In this document: piece after piece, positions 1 to 14,685 of the stretch
Position numbering within the stretch: the stretch's first letter is position 1
How the letters are laid out: every line of letters starts with the position of its first letter
NCBI RefSeq assembly: GCF_009914755.1
Contig: NC_060927.1
Direction: 5' to 3' (one strand)
DNA from: the human T2T-CHM13v2.0 reference genome, Homo sapiens
Length of the DNA: 64,000 nucleotides
Notes under the pieces: model-generated
What the model saw: only the letters and a program-made list of their open reading frames with translations
Told to the model about the DNA's origin: nothing
The model's database searches: none
Program-made: the position numbers and the translations under genes

Positions 1-679
1 ACCTTTACCAGGTCCCCTTCCTAACCCTCCAGTCCCAAATCCAAGATTCTTTAACCACACTCTAAAAGTTCTTCAGACTCAGGACTTAAACATAGCCACG
101 CCACCTTGGCCTTCAATGACAGGGATCTAGCAATGCTGCATCATCAGCCTTCCAATACCAGGTTTAAGGGTATTTTAAACACAGCTCCTCTTAAATCCTC
201 CAATCTCAGTACCCAGTGTTTTAGCCATGCTCGGGTGGCTAAATTACATCCAGGAATGGTGCCAGGGCCTTTAGCCATTTGTCTCTCCTCACACTCCAGG
301 GCCCATATGGCCCAGGTTCTGACAGTTTGCCTTACTCCCTTGGCCTGGGGCTAGCCCTACCTGATACCCTGTGTCAATGAGTGTACCTTGGAGAGCTATC
401 CACTCAGGCCCCAGTGCCTCTATTTGCTAAGGGACTCTGCCACAGAAAAGAAGGGGAGAGATGTTCATGTAACCTCAAAATACTTAGGCTTGGTTTTGAT
501 GCTAGAGAGGAAGAAGGACTTGGAGAGAGAGAAGGAATGGCTGGTCCAGAGGCTTTTGTCCACTCCCTCTCACTGGAAGTGGTTGATCTCCAGGGAATCC
601 CCAAGGTTAGCCTGCTTAGGGGAAGGGCTAGGGGTACCTGGAATGTAGGATCTCCCCCATGCCTGGCCTACCACCCTAA

Positions 680-2252
680 TGTGTCCGGAATTGGTGGGTT
701 CTTGGTCTTGCTGACTTCAAGAATGAAGCCGTGGACCCTCACGGTGAGTGTTACAATTCTTAAACATGGTGTGTCTGGAGTTTGTTCCTTCTGATGTTCG
801 GACGTGTCCAGAGTTTCTAACTTCTGGTGGGTTTGTGGTCTCGCTTAGGAGTGAAGCTGCAGACCTTAGCAGTGTTACGGCTCTTAAAGGCAGCGCATCT
901 GGAGTTGTTAGTTCCTTCCGGTGGGTTCGTGGTCTTGCTGGCTTCAGGAGTGAAGCTGCGGACCTTTGCGGTTAGTGTTACAGCTCTTAAAGGCGGCGCG
1001 GACCCAAAGAGTGACCAGCAGGAAGATTTATTGTGAAGAGTGAAAAAACAAAGCTTCCACAGCATGGAAGGGGACCTGAGTGGCTTGCCGCTGCTGGCTC
1101 GGGTAGCCTGCTTTTATCCCCTTATCCGGCCCCACCCACATCCTGCTGATTGGTCCATTTTACAGAGAGCATATTGGTCCGTTTTGACAGGGTGCTGATT
1201 GGTGCATTTACAATCCCTGAGCTAGACACAGAGTGCTGATTGGTGCATTTACAAGCCTCTAGCTAGACAAAAATTTTCCAAGTCCCCACTAGATTAGCTA
1301 GACACGCGTTTACAAACCTTTAGCTAGACACAGTGCTGATTGGTGCGTTTACAATCCTTTAGCTAGACACAAGTTCTCCAAGTCCCCGCTAGATTAGCTA
1401 GACACAGAGCACTGATTGGTGTGTTTACAAACCTTGAGCTAGACACAGAGTGCTGATTGGTGCATTTACAATCCTCTAGCTAGACATAAAAGTTTTCCAA
1501 GTCCCCACCAGGTTAGTTAGATACAGAGTGCTGATTGGTGCATCCACAAACCCCGAGCTAGACAGAGAGTGCTGCTTGGTGCATATACAATCCTCCAGCT
1601 AGACAAAAGTTCTCCAAGACCCCACCCAACTCAGGAGCCCAGCTGACTTCCCCTAGTGGATCCCGCACTGGGGCTGTGGGTGGAGCTGCCTGCTAGTCCT
1701 GCGCCTCACACCTGCACACCTCAGCCCTTGGGCGGTCGATGGGACGGGCAGCGCCTGTCGGGGAGTCTCGGGCTGCATGCGAGCCCATGGCGGTCGGGGG
1801 TGGCTTGGGCATGGCAGGCCGCAGGTCCCAAGCCCTGCCTCATGGGGAGGCGGCTGAGGCCCGGTGAGAATTCAAGTGCGGCGTGGGCAGGCTGTCAGTG
1901 CTGGGGGACCCGGTGCACCCTCTGCAGCTGCTGGCCCGGGTGCTAAGCCCCTTAATGCCTGGGGCCTGTGGTGCCGGCCGGCCGCTCCGAGTGTGGGGGC
2001 CCCCGAGCCTGCGCCCACCCGGAACTCATGCTGGCCTGCGAGCCCCATGCGCAGCCCTGGTTCCCACCTGCGCCTCTCCCTCCACACCTCTCTGCCAGCC
2101 AAGGGAGCTGGCTCCGGCCTCGACCAACCCAGAGAGGGGCTCCCACAGTGCAGCGGCTGGCTAAAGGGCTCCTCAAGCGTGGCCAGAGCGGACGCTGAGG
2201 CCGGGGAGGCGCTGAGAGTGAGCGAGGGCTGCTAACACGTTGTCACCTCTCA
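680..2252 (-). mobile_element. LTR12 (ERV9) solo LTR, LTR12C/D/E-like
   Basis: On + it starts tgtgtccggaattggtgggttc and ends gtcacctctca, the reverse complement of LTR12. It has tandem ctgattggt (CCAAT) repeats at about 1145-1560, a GC-rich U3, and AATAAA on - at 1027-1032. The flanks ctaa/ctat form an imperfect 4-bp TSD. Confidence 0.92.
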
Positions 2253-2552
2253 CTATTGCTGCCCCTTTCCCATGGCCTGAGCTAAAAGCCATAGAAAGTG
2301 TGTGTATGTGTGTGTGTTTAGGGGTTGCTGGGCAGGGGAAGGGTGGGACACCATCATTCCACAAGACCTCGAAGTTACTCCTCCCATAGAAAAATGAAAG
2401 TGGAAAAATTAGTGATCATACATCTACTTTAAACATGAGAGGGAGAAAAAAGTGTTCATTTTCTATTAAAATCCATGTAGGCACTGTCGAGATACCACAC
2501 AGATCTGGTCCGGCAAGAGGACTGTCAGGTCCAGGCAGTCATAGGAAGAGAT

Positions 2553-3072
2553 TGTAAGCTGCAGTAAATCTGAGTCTCTCTTCAAAGGGTTTAGCCTGCT
2601 AACTTCCTTATCCTTGTTCTCAAATTCAACTTTCTTGTTCTTCCTTACCCCTAGTTACTGTAAACAGCCTACCCCATTCTCGTCAGCTTTAATCAATAAT
2701 TCACATCTGTTCCCTTGGTTACCTGTACCCATTGTTCCCCCGAAACTGCACGCCTCACACTCCACCTCTGTAACTCATGTCCCCCTCCCCTTCTATAGTT
2801 AGGAAAATATGTACAAGTGGCCAATTGGGTCAGCTCAGATTGTGCAGTCTGACCCCAGCCCATGGGGGGAGTGACACAGAGATAGGGACTGTGTTAAGGA
2901 TAAAAATCCCCTGGTCTCCTTTGTTCTCTGTGCTCTTGTGATCTTGATTGACACAAGTGGCACCGTTCCGCAGAAGTAAATTACCTTGCTGAGAGAAATT
3001 AAACTTTTGCCTGAGTGCTGGTTTTACTTCATGGCACCGAGCATTTCATCCTAGAGCATTTTATATCCAACA
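2553..3072 (+). repeat. 5' LTR of ERV1 provirus
   Basis: tgtaagctgc...tatatccaaca, aligns end to end with 8090-8603 at roughly 90% identity by eye. Confidence 0.92.
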
Positions 3073-3076
3073 ATTC

Positions 3077-3094
3077 TGGGGGCTCGTCTGGGAT
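3077..3094 (+). promoter_or_regulatory. Primer binding site, tRNA-Pro
   Basis: TGGGGGCTCGTCTGGGAT matches the MLV-type PBS-Pro TGGGGGCTCGTCCGGGAT at 17/18 positions, 4 nt after the 5' LTR. Confidence 0.9.
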
Positions 3095-3631
3095 TCCCAT
3101 TCTCCTTCGGGAAGGGGTCTTCAGTCACCCTACCCAGGGGAGACACTTCCCACTGCCCTGTTGCGGTGGCCCTCAGGGATGGGAGATCGAGACCCACCTG
3201 TTGTGACGAATAAACCTGGACTCTCAGCAACGCGGGGAAGAGAGACTTGCAATACTGCGGCGACCAGGTAAACTGCACAGACCAAGGTAGAAAACGTCGC
3301 AGGGGCAACAAATTACTTCTTTAGTGGTTTTGCGGGGGTCGGGGCATTCTGGAGGTTGAAAGTGCATGAATGGTAACAAGCACTACTGCTGTGCGGAGTG
3401 AGACCAATCTGCAGTTCCGTGGTCATCTCATATGGCTTAGGGCGGCCCTTTGGGGGTCCCGTCAGGGGTTTATACTGACCCCCCATGAATGCTAAAAGTG
3501 ACCTGGAACATTCCCTCAAGGGAAGCGGCCAGAGCGTGAAGGTTGCAGTGAAAGAAGGGTGCAAGGAATCTCCAGCAGGTGGAGCTAAAGGATAGGCGAA
3601 TTGTGCCTTAGCAAAGCTTCCAGTGAAGGAC

Positions 3632-3765
3632 AGGCAAGAGACCCCTAATACGAGGGGTTGAGCCAGAAGGAACCCCCCAAATAGGCAGGAGATCCCTAAT
3701 ATGAGGGGTTGAGCCACAGAAAGCCCCCACTAGGCAAGAGATTCCTAATACGAGGGATTGAGCCT
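3632..3765 (+). repeat. Three ~50-bp tandem repeats in the proviral leader
   Basis: aggcaagagacccctaatacgaggggttgagcc recurs three times with variation. Confidence 0.8.
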
Positions 3766-3779
3766 AGCCAGGACCCAGT

Positions 3780-4320
3780 ATGGTAAATAATACAAGCAAA
3801 AAAGATAAAGTTAGCAACAAAGATATACCACTGATAGTCCCCAAGGTCTCAAAGATATACCACCTGATAGCCCCTTAGGTCTCAGGCTAAAAGGTTGGAA
3901 AGATAACAAGAGAACTAAACATAAGACAAAGGAACAAATGATAAAATATTGCTGTTCTATTTGGTCTCAAAGACCTATCCTCAGTCCCTCAATCTTCTGG
4001 CCAAAGTTTGGGTCGACTAAGGATATACTATATCAACTTTTAATTCAACATGTAAGTAATAAAAGCCCAGTTTCTCAAGAAGAACTGAACTATGCTCTTT
4101 GTTGGAAGCAAAGACCTGTCCTCCCTTTTCCCTTATGCACCTGCCCCTACTGTAGAACCAGTGAGAGAAGGGGGGATCCTGGCAAAGAGAACAGCACATG
4201 GGATCCCCTAGACCATCCTCCACCTAATACCCCTAGTCCCCCTCCTAATACACCCAACCCTTCCCCTCAGGCCCAGCCTAAGTCCCCCTCCCCGGAAAAA
4301 CTCCAAGCTCCTAATTCGCC
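3780..4320 (+). pseudogene. gag remnant (matrix plus proline-rich region), truncated
   Basis: ORF 3938-4603 begins MIKYCCSIW...FWPKFGS...ELNYALCW (ERV1 MA-like), followed by PPPNTPSPPPNTP. No capsid or nucleocapsid follows. Confidence 0.75.
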
Positions 4321-4321
4321 A

Positions 4322-5046
<725 letters not shown>

Positions 5047-5049
5047 TTA

Positions 5050-6180
5050 AAATGTGCTACCAGAAAATAATTACATGTGTATAAGTATGAGGCTATTCTG
5101 TTAAAAAGGATGGTTTAACATTAACTACTGATAATTCGCGTAACCTAGCAAGTTTCTTAACGAGATCCAAATCAAAAAGAAAGCACACATGTTTAGATTT
5201 AACTGATTACCGTACAAACGTCTGGCCAAACTTAAGAGAAACCCCCTTCAAAAGTGATTAAGGGAAAAAGAATGCAACAAGTGTTCAGTGGTTAATGAAA
5301 GTTCCTAGAGAAAATCAAAGTGTTTAATAATTAGTCTATTCAAATTTATAAGCTGTCTGCACTTAGTCAAGCTTTAAAGTACCTGCAGGACCCGAAAGAA
5401 CCATATATACTAATTGTAAATACGCCTTTACAGTGGCTCATACATTTAGAAAATTTCATACTGAATTAATAGTAAAAGTTAAAGCCTTGTTTATGAGGAG
5501 TTAGTCACCCAAGTATTAAATAACCTTCAGTTACCAGAAAAGAAAAAAATAGCTATTGTCCATGTCCCCAGGCACCAAAAAGCCTGTCTTTCAAGAGTCA
5601 AGAAAATAACCTAGCAAATCAGATAAGCCAGAAAATAACCTAGCAAATCAGATAACGCTACAGGAGCATTTCTCCTGTAGGTGCTAAAGGGAACTCAGAG
5701 AAATGTTATTCAGACCTCTTATGAAGGAAGTCCTTTCTCCACCTACATTAGAGGACTCATTAAAGACCCCAAGCCATGTATAGCACAAAGTTTATATGTG
5801 TATAGGAATTTATACCCTGAGCCAAACAAGTCTAGAGACTTGGTTGCCATAAATCAAATGTCTTCTGACTTCTTATTACTCTACTAAGAATCCAAACTAC
5901 CTCTCAAAGCAATCCAACATTCCTACATACTTGGTTTATCTTCCACTTTCTCTTCCCTCAGAACTCACAATTTTCCAGTACAGGCGCCACCCCTAGAGTT
6001 TCCAGTACCTCGACACCAGCCTGAGGAGCCAGCCTAGTGCTTCTAACCACTGAAACTGCAGTCCAAACAGCAAGAAAAGATAGACCCATCACACCCAAGT
6101 CAAGAAAGCACCGCCATCCCTGAAGTTGTGGGTCATTATCCAAGGGAAAAAACCCCTCAAACCTAAGGTTAAGAAACATT
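5050..6180 (+). pseudogene. Heavily decayed pol remnant (RT connection, RNase H, integrase pieces)
   Basis: KYEAILL-like and YTNCKYAFTVAHTF (YTDSKYAF-like) motifs, plus a VHVPRHQK-like RNase H end. Many small deletions and stop codons. Confidence 0.7.
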
Positions 6181-8069
6181 TAACACTCTTTTATCTATTC
6201 TATTCCCCTTTCTTCTTTCCTCATTCTCTTGCTGACCTTGTTATCAATGTAACTAGGTCAGACTCACCCCAAATCATTACCTTTGATGCTTGCCTTGTCA
6301 TGCCTTGTCAAAAGGATGAATACTGGCAAAGATATGTCTCTACTTCAGAAAAATACCTCTGCCCCTTCAGAGAAGCCACTGACCCCGTGCCTTGCTTATG
6401 GCGGGGGTACCAAGGCACCCCAAGTTGGGAGATATGTTCTCAATGGGCAGATGTCATCCTAACTACCAGAGAACACGGCGGGACCTCCCCAGAAAGCTGT
6501 ACCAACCTAAAATTTTGCCTCTGCCTTACCAAAGGAATCATCCCCTCTAATTATCAACTTCACCACTGTAACCCAGTAACAATCTCTATTAATGCCCCTA
6601 CCTCCACCAACCCTGTGCCCCCTTTAGAATGCTTGTATGGATTAGGAGCAGAGGTCAATGGATATGACCATAAGGCTTCTTTAAAATATGCTTTATCGAC
6701 CCCCCTTCTTCTCCATCTGAATCTTCTACTCTACCTAACAACAATGCCAAAGTAAATATTGTAGAAGTAAAAGATTTAAGACAAACCCTAACAATTGAAA
6801 CAGGATATCAAGATGTAAATGCCTGGTTGGAATGGATTCTGTCTGCATGTTAAACAAAAGCAATTGTTATGCTTATGTGCACTGCAGACCAGAGGCCCAG
6901 ATTGTCCCCTTTCCACTAGGATGGTCCTTCAATCAACCAGGCATGGGCTGTATGGTAGCTTTTTTTCCAGGATTCCACAGCCTGGGGCAACAAATCATGC
7001 CAAGCACTCTCTCTGCTATATCCTGAAGTCCAACACCCTATGGGTCAGCCCCTGAGGTCCATCCAGCTTCCATCTCCCAATGTCAGTTTCACCTCATGTC
7101 TCTCACAACAGGGGGAGAATTTGGCATTCCTCGGAAGCTTAATGGGATGGAGTGAGCTTAAGCCCTTCCAAGAGCTTACCCGTCAGTCTGCCCTTAGTCA
7201 TCCTCGAGCGGATGTATGGTGGTATTGCGGTGGACCCTTACTGGACACTGCCAAGTAACTGGAGCGGCACTTGTGCAATTGTCCAATTGGCTATCCCTTT
7301 CACCCTGGCATTTCATCAACCAGAGAAAGAAAAACCACAACACTAAAAAATAAGAGAAGCTCCTTATGGGTCTTTTGACTCTCAAGTTTACATAGATGCC
7401 ATTGGAGTCCCACAGGGAGTGCCTGACAGGTTCAAAGCCTGAGACCAAAGAGCTGCAGGATTTGAATCCATATTTCCAGGGGTAACTATTAATAAAAATG
7501 TAGCTTGGATAAATTACATCTATTATAACCAGCAGTGGTTTATTAATTACACCAGGGATGCTATCAAAGGAATAGCTGACCAATTAGGGCCTACTAGCCA
7601 AATGGCTTGGGAAAACAGAATAGCTCTAGACATGTTATTAGCCGAAAAAGGTGGAGTCTGTGTTATGATTAAAACCCAATGTTGTACCTTCATCCCAAAC
7701 AACACTGCCCCCGATGGGAGCATAACAAAGGCCTTGCAGAGACTTACCGCTTTATCCAATGAATTAGCTAAAAATTCTGGAGTCAATGACCCCATTTAAG
7801 GATGGCTAGGAAAGTGGTTCGGTAAATGGAAAGGAATCATGGTCTCAATTTTTATTTCCCTTGCAGTTGTAGTAGGCATCCTCGTTCTCATTGGGTGTTG
7901 TGTCATACTATGCATCTGTGGGCTAATACAAAGAATTGTACAAACACCACTTACTAAAGCCTCCCTTAGTTCTCCTCTACCTTATTCAAGTACGCTTTTC
8001 CTTTTAAAAGATCAAATCGAATGGCAAAGCCAAGACATGTTTAAAAAGTTTGAAGAGAAAGGATCGTAA
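6170..8069 (+). pseudogene. env pseudogene (SU+TM), frameshifted
   Basis: Hydrophobic signal (LFYLFYSPFFFPHSLA) and Cys-rich SU ORF pieces. A decayed furin site lies at about 7344-7355. TM carries the immunosuppressive-domain motif WENRIALDMLLAEKGGVC, the CX6CC motif CVMIKTQCC and a transmembrane segment (7839-7925). Confidence 0.9.
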
Positions 8070-8089
8070 GAAAATTAAAAGGGAGGAAT

Positions 8090-8603
8090 TGTAAGATGCA
8101 ATAAATCTGAGTTTCTCTTCAAAGGGTTTAGCCTATTAACTTCCTTATCCTTGTTCTCAAACTCAACTTTCTTGTTCTTCCTTGCCCCTAGTTACCGTAA
8201 ACAGCCTATCCCCCTTCCCATCAGCTCTAATCAATAATTCACATCTGTTCCCTTGGTTACCTGTATCCTTTGTTTCCCTGAAACTGCACATCTCACATGC
8301 TCCACCTCTGTACCTCATGTCCCCCTCCCCTTTTATATTTGGGAAAATATGTACAAGTAGCCAATCGGGTCAGCTCAGATTGTGCGGTCCAGCCACAGCC
8401 CATGGGGGAGTGACACAGAGATAGGGACTGCGTTAAAGATAAACCCCCCCGCCCCGGTCTCCTTTGTTCTGTGTGCTCTTGTGATCTTGATTGACACAAG
8501 TGGCACCCTTTTGCAGAAGTAAATTGCCTTGCTGAAATAATTTGCCTGAGTGCTGGTTTTCATGGTACCAAGCATTTATTCCTAGAGCATTTTATATCCA
8601 ACA
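8090..8603 (+). repeat. 3' LTR of ERV1 provirus
   Basis: Preceded by the polypurine tract aaaagggaggaat. Direct repeat of 2553-3072. Confidence 0.92.
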
Positions 8604-10131
8604 AGACGCAGAGAGGACCTCTGTCCGGCCAGGGCAGATGGCTTTGGGTGCCTTCTAGTCAAGAATCACCCCTTCCTTTGTCTCTTCGAAAAGAGGATGA
8701 AATCAGGGCTGTAATGGCCTCATCTGTGCAGTAACAAGCTCGAGGTGTTGTGAGATCTTCACAATAAAGGGTTGCAGGGGAAGGAGGGGTGGGGAAAGGA
8801 GTAGCTGAGTCTCTGGTGTAGGGGCTGACAGCTCATTTCTGAAGGATGATAGGGGGCCTCATTCAAATGACTGCAAGGCCCAGTAAGTCAAACTGAGATC
8901 AAGGCAGGCTGTCTCCCTGTCAACCTCATCCTTCAACCCTACCCCTAAGGTTCCCTGGCTCTGCCCATTTTTCGGTTATTGTATTTGGCCCTCCAAATCC
9001 TTCATCCCCTTTCCTTGAGCTTTGTCCCTCAGTGCAGTTTCTCTCTCAGCACACACCTAGGGACTGCTCTTTATCCCTCCCTGTGGACTTGTTCTTCAGC
9101 ACTGAATTCTCCCTTTGTTTCCCAAATTTTATTGAAGTGGTGCCTGCAGGGTAGGATGGTGGGGAAGAGTGCTTTGGGAGGAGCCACAGAGGGCTCTGGA
9201 GGGGCTACTTGTGACCTCTGCTGCTTGCCCAACATTTGGGGAATGAGGATAGGACTTCCCAAGATCGGTTCCAGCTGTCACTGATCCCCTACCTTCTCCC
9301 TCTCTGAGGAATGGCTCCACCTCACTTTACCAGTTTTAGCATCTTAGTGGTCTGCATTTAGGGGCCACTTTCCCATAAGCCTTTGCAGGAGTGCTCGCTC
9401 AGTGCAATCCCAGGGGTCTTGGTTTTCCGCAGCTGGTCCTTTCCAACATCACTCTCTTCTCTCCCCTGCCTTGTTAACCCTCCTTTCCCATCTTGAGGGG
9501 TCCCTTCATGTCCTGGCCTCAGGAATTCCTCTTTTTAGGCCTTGGAGTGAGGTGAGAATCAAGATCTCCACAACTGGCTCCTGTGATTCAGATGCTGGGC
9601 CCTATGGTAAACCTCTCCAGGAAAGGAACAGGCAAGGGTGGAGTGAGACTTGGGCATTTATAATGAGTCTTCAAGGGATCATGGGCTCTCAGAACTGTAA
9701 AACTCAGGACTTGTGAATCCTGCATAGCTCCTGGGGAACTGAGATAATGCTGGGCTCAGATTAGGAATCTGGGGCTGCTCGCCACTGGGGGAAATGAATC
9801 CCACTGTTCACCCTGATTCGGGTGATTCAAGGGCCCTGATTCCCCAGGGCCATGTTTGATTAAGAAGGGAGTAAGCCCAAAGGAGAGGCTGTGGAATGAT
9901 GAATGCGTGGGAGGGAGATGGTTAGATGAGGGTTTGAACTTGGAGATTCCAATTCCATGGGGGAGAATTTTGTGTGGTGGGAGGCTGACAAGTGAGAACT
10001 GTGAAATGTTCTAATAGATACTGGGAAGAGGTATCTGTCTTTTGAAATATCCAAGCTTTTATGGATTTCTATATTACCTCTTGTTCTCAAGCTGAATCTA
10101 TACTGAAGATTTAAAAAATCTGGTATATCTG

Positions 10132-10410
10132 GGCCAGGTACAGTGGCTCACATCTGTAATCCCAGCACTTTGAGAGGCTGAGGCTGGCGGATTACTTGAG
10201 GTCAGGAATTTGAGACCAGCCTGGCCAACATGGTGAAACCCCGTCTCTACTAAAAATTAGCTGGGCGTGGTACACACGCCTGTAATCCCAGATACTTGGA
10301 GGCTGAGGCATGAGAATAGCTTGAACTTAAGAGGCAGAGGTTGCAGTGAGCCAAGATTGCACCACTGCACTCCAGCCTGGGTGACAAAGCAAGACTCTGT
10401 CTCAAAAAAA
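10132..10410 (+). mobile_element. Alu (S-type)
   Basis: Alu dimer with A tail. Confidence 0.9.
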
Positions 10411-10934
10411 AATTTTTGTTTCTTTAATCTTAATAAGTGTTTTATGTAATTTTAAGTAAAATGTACACAAATGAAGAAATAGAAAATGAATTTACTATTT
10501 AGTAGTAAATCACAAATTTGTTAAAACAAATACATCTAACCATCTTATGTCATTTCATATGGGTATAAATAACATTTTTAAATGTTGGAAGTTATTCTCT
10601 TATAGGAAATAATGATCATATGGAAGCTAGTTTTGTGTCTGGCAGATAGTAGTTGCATAACGGCTTGTATTTTTTTTTTTTTTTTCACTACCAAACCTAC
10701 CTTTGGAAGATGAACCAGTCCTTGAAGCCCAGCTCCCAATCCAGGCTTTTTCCTTTCTGCCTCATTAACCTTGTCCAATCAGGTCTTTGACAGTCATTAA
10801 GTCATTAAAGCTGTGATTTCTCCTTCTCCTGGGAGTCTATATTGTTTCTGTTGAGCCGGCCAGAAGGGAACTGAGATCTCTTTATGTGAAAAACCCTGAA
10901 AGGGAGAATCCTGTGACATACATGAGCATTCTCA

Positions 10935-11213
<279 letters not shown>

Positions 11214-11410
11214 TTATAGATGAGCAAATAAAAACAAATGTAGATAACTTGGCCATGTTCACACAGCTAATAAGTAATGGTACTTGGCTATAGCCTGGGA
11301 TTCTGGAAACATCTGGAGTCTGGGTCTGAGAGGCTGTTCTGTTCAATTCCTTGCCCCCAGGCAGCCTGGTTCTTCAAATTCCTCTGGTCTCCTAAAATCT
11401 GACTAATTCT

Positions 11411-11704
11411 GGCCGGGTGTGGTGGCTCATGCCTGTAATCCCAGCACTTTGGAAGGCTGATGTGGGTCGATCACCTGAGATCAGGAGTTCGAGACCAGCC
11501 TGGCCAACATGGTGAAACCCTATCTCTACTAAAAATACAAAAATTAGCCAGGCGAGGTGGCTGGCACCTGTAATCCCAGCTACTCAGGAGGCTGAGGCAG
11601 GAGAATCACTACTCAGGAGGCAGAGGTTGCAGTGAGCCGAGATCACGCCACTGCACTCCAGCCTTGGCGACAGAGCAAGACTCTGTCTCAAAAAAAAAAA
11701 AAAA
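11411..11704 (+). mobile_element. Alu (S-type)
   Basis: Full dimer with poly(A). Confidence 0.9.
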
Positions 11705-12289
11705 TTCGAATTCTGATACAAGCAAGATTTAGGTGTCTGCTACACCAGACCCATCTCCAGAGACCTCTCAAGTGAGGATTACAACGTGGCCTATTGACAT
11801 TTTCCAAGCTGGAAACCTCTATGATAAGGCACTGCAGAAATAGTACCTGGTAAACATTTGTACTTCTTATCCCTGGAACATTGGATCCTTCCAGCTTAGA
11901 ATTCCTTGTTAGTGGGGGCAGAGTGGGGAGATGTTTCTACCAAAGAGCACAGGCAGTGTCTGCTAAACTAATGTTGTTACTAACTTGGTCATTCTGGCTT
12001 TCCCACGATGGTAGGCTGGCAGGAAAAGGGAGGAGCCATTATACTTACGTAGGTCATTGACCCTGATTATCATGCATTGGTGATGTTGCTACTCAAGTAT
12101 ATCTGAACCCAGGAGGTTCTGTGAATGCTTCCATACCCAGGCATAACCATCAGTGGGCACTTGCAGCAATCACAGCTCTCTATCAGGGTAAGTCAGCTAA
12201 GGGATCTGACCTCTTGGAAGTGAAAGTCTGTTTTCCCAGTAGGTAAGCATCTTCGACCTGTAAAGGTTGGCTCTGGGGGCAGGAACTAT

Positions 12290-12987
12290 AATATGGTTGA
12301 TAAAGGAGGGAGGTAATAAGAATCAATTATGGCTTCAGGCCCAGTTGTAATGGTGGGAAATGTTATCTTTTCCACTAATCCACTTATATTGAGTCTTAAG
12401 TAGAGATCGCGGCTCACTAGGTTCTTGCCTGACTCTCTGATATGCTGAGCTACATGCAGAGCTGGCGCATGGGCAGACCCAAACACAGGCAGGGGAGGAT
12501 GGCACTGAACAACTTTTATGCCCCATCTCACGTCCTCTTGGCCCACATTCCTACCCTGACCGTAGCTGCACTCAGGTGAAATCAAAGACCTCCTCACCGT
12601 TTCTCTCATGCTCCTTCTAGGAGCTTCTCTGCTGATGCAGTGTGGGAAGCCTGCAAGAGCCCCTCAGCCTTTCTGGCATATGCAAGTCTGGGACTGCAAA
12701 TGGGTTAGGTCTCCCTGGCAAATCACTGACAACGGATGATGAAACCAATGGACAAACAACCAGCCTCCTAGGCTTTGGTGGGAGACAGAGGACCACCAAC
12801 TAGATTGAAGCCCATTGTCCACAGTGGTAACCAGCTCAATACCCTATGCTTGGGATGGCCTTCCCTTCTCCTTTCTTTTACTCTCTTAGTGTCCTGATGC
12901 CTGTTTTCTGAGACCCCTTCCTAAAATAAACTACTTGCACACAAGTCGCCATCTCATGCTCTGCTTTTGGGAGGCCTTGAAGCGTAG
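12290..12987 (+). mobile_element. Old ERVL-type LTR (LTR16/LTR33-like)
   Basis: The 3' end ...aaataaactacttgcac...ctctgcttttgggagg resembles ERVL LTR termini. The boundaries are uncertain. Confidence 0.45.
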
Positions 12988-13348
12988 TGTATTAGTCTGT
13001 TCTCATGCTGCTAGTAAAGCATACCTGAGACTGGGCAATTTATAAAGAAAAGAAGTTGAATTGACTCACAGTTCACATGGCTGGGGAGGCCTCACAATCA
13101 TGGCTGAAGGCAAATGAGGAGCAAAGTCATGTCTTACATGGTGGCAGGCAAGAGAGCTTGCATAGGGGAAATTCCGTTTATAAAACCATCAGGTCTTATG
13201 AGACTTACTTACTGTCACAAGAATAGCACAGGAAAGACCCAACCCAAGATTCAATTACCTCCCACCAGGTCCCTCCCACAACATGTAGGAATTATGGGAG
13301 CTACAATTCAAGATGAGATTTGGGTGGGGACACAGCCAAACCATATCA
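12988..13348 (-). mobile_element. THE1-type MaLR solo LTR
   Basis: tgtattagtctgttctcatgctgct...cacagccaaaccatatca, with a 5-bp TSD cgtag/catag. Confidence 0.88.
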
Positions 13349-13969
13349 CATAGACACAAGAGCTATTGAGACAAGTGTAAGCCTGTGACTCCTGGGACCA
13401 CTAAACCAGAGGAAGAGCTCTCACCTGAATTATAATTTGTGTTGGGAGGGTTCCCTTTCAAATTTATATTCTGTGGGAACTCATAATCTCAGTTGTCTTC
13501 TTACTCTCCTGTATCCTCTGTTCCTCTCTTTTGGCAAAGAACTAGAGCCTATAAATCAATTTATATTTTACCAGTCCTTCAAAATGTCCATAAGTTGCCA
13601 AATTTCCCTAAACTTGACATATTTCTCCTTAAGTCATAATTAAACTTAACAGTCTATACTCATTGTCTTTGTTTCCTTAAATCCAAGTTCTCCATTTTCT
13701 TGCCATTTTTCACTTACAGGATCATCTAAAATTTGTGGGTGAGGTTTCTTTACATTGGAAATTTGTAGGGAAACCCCACCTGGAACATCCAAAGATGGGA
13801 AAGAGTTGGGGGTCAGAGCCATGGATAAGATACGAACGTCCCAGATTGAGACTATTTAGGAAAAACATGTCTAGTATCTGGGAAGAGATGTTATTTTGAG
13901 AGAGAAAAAAGCCACTCAACTGTGGTTGCACTGCCAGAGACCCGGTTACCACCCAGTCATCCATAGCAC

Positions 13970-14685
<716 letters not shown>

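Noticed and set aside
1-679. Possible 3'UTR of the neighbouring ZNF589 gene; ORFs 106-354 and 381-794
   Set aside because: The assignment rests only on locus memory. There is no zinc-finger coding sequence or other diagnostic feature here, and the ORFs resemble no known protein.
1140-1620. Regularly spaced repeats that superficially resemble a CRISPR array
   Set aside because: These are the internal tandem CCAAT/GATA repeats of LTR12 in human DNA. The spacers are not unique and there are no cas genes.
1656-2235. Overlapping GC-rich ORFs
   Set aside because: They are by-products of the GC-rich LTR12 U3.
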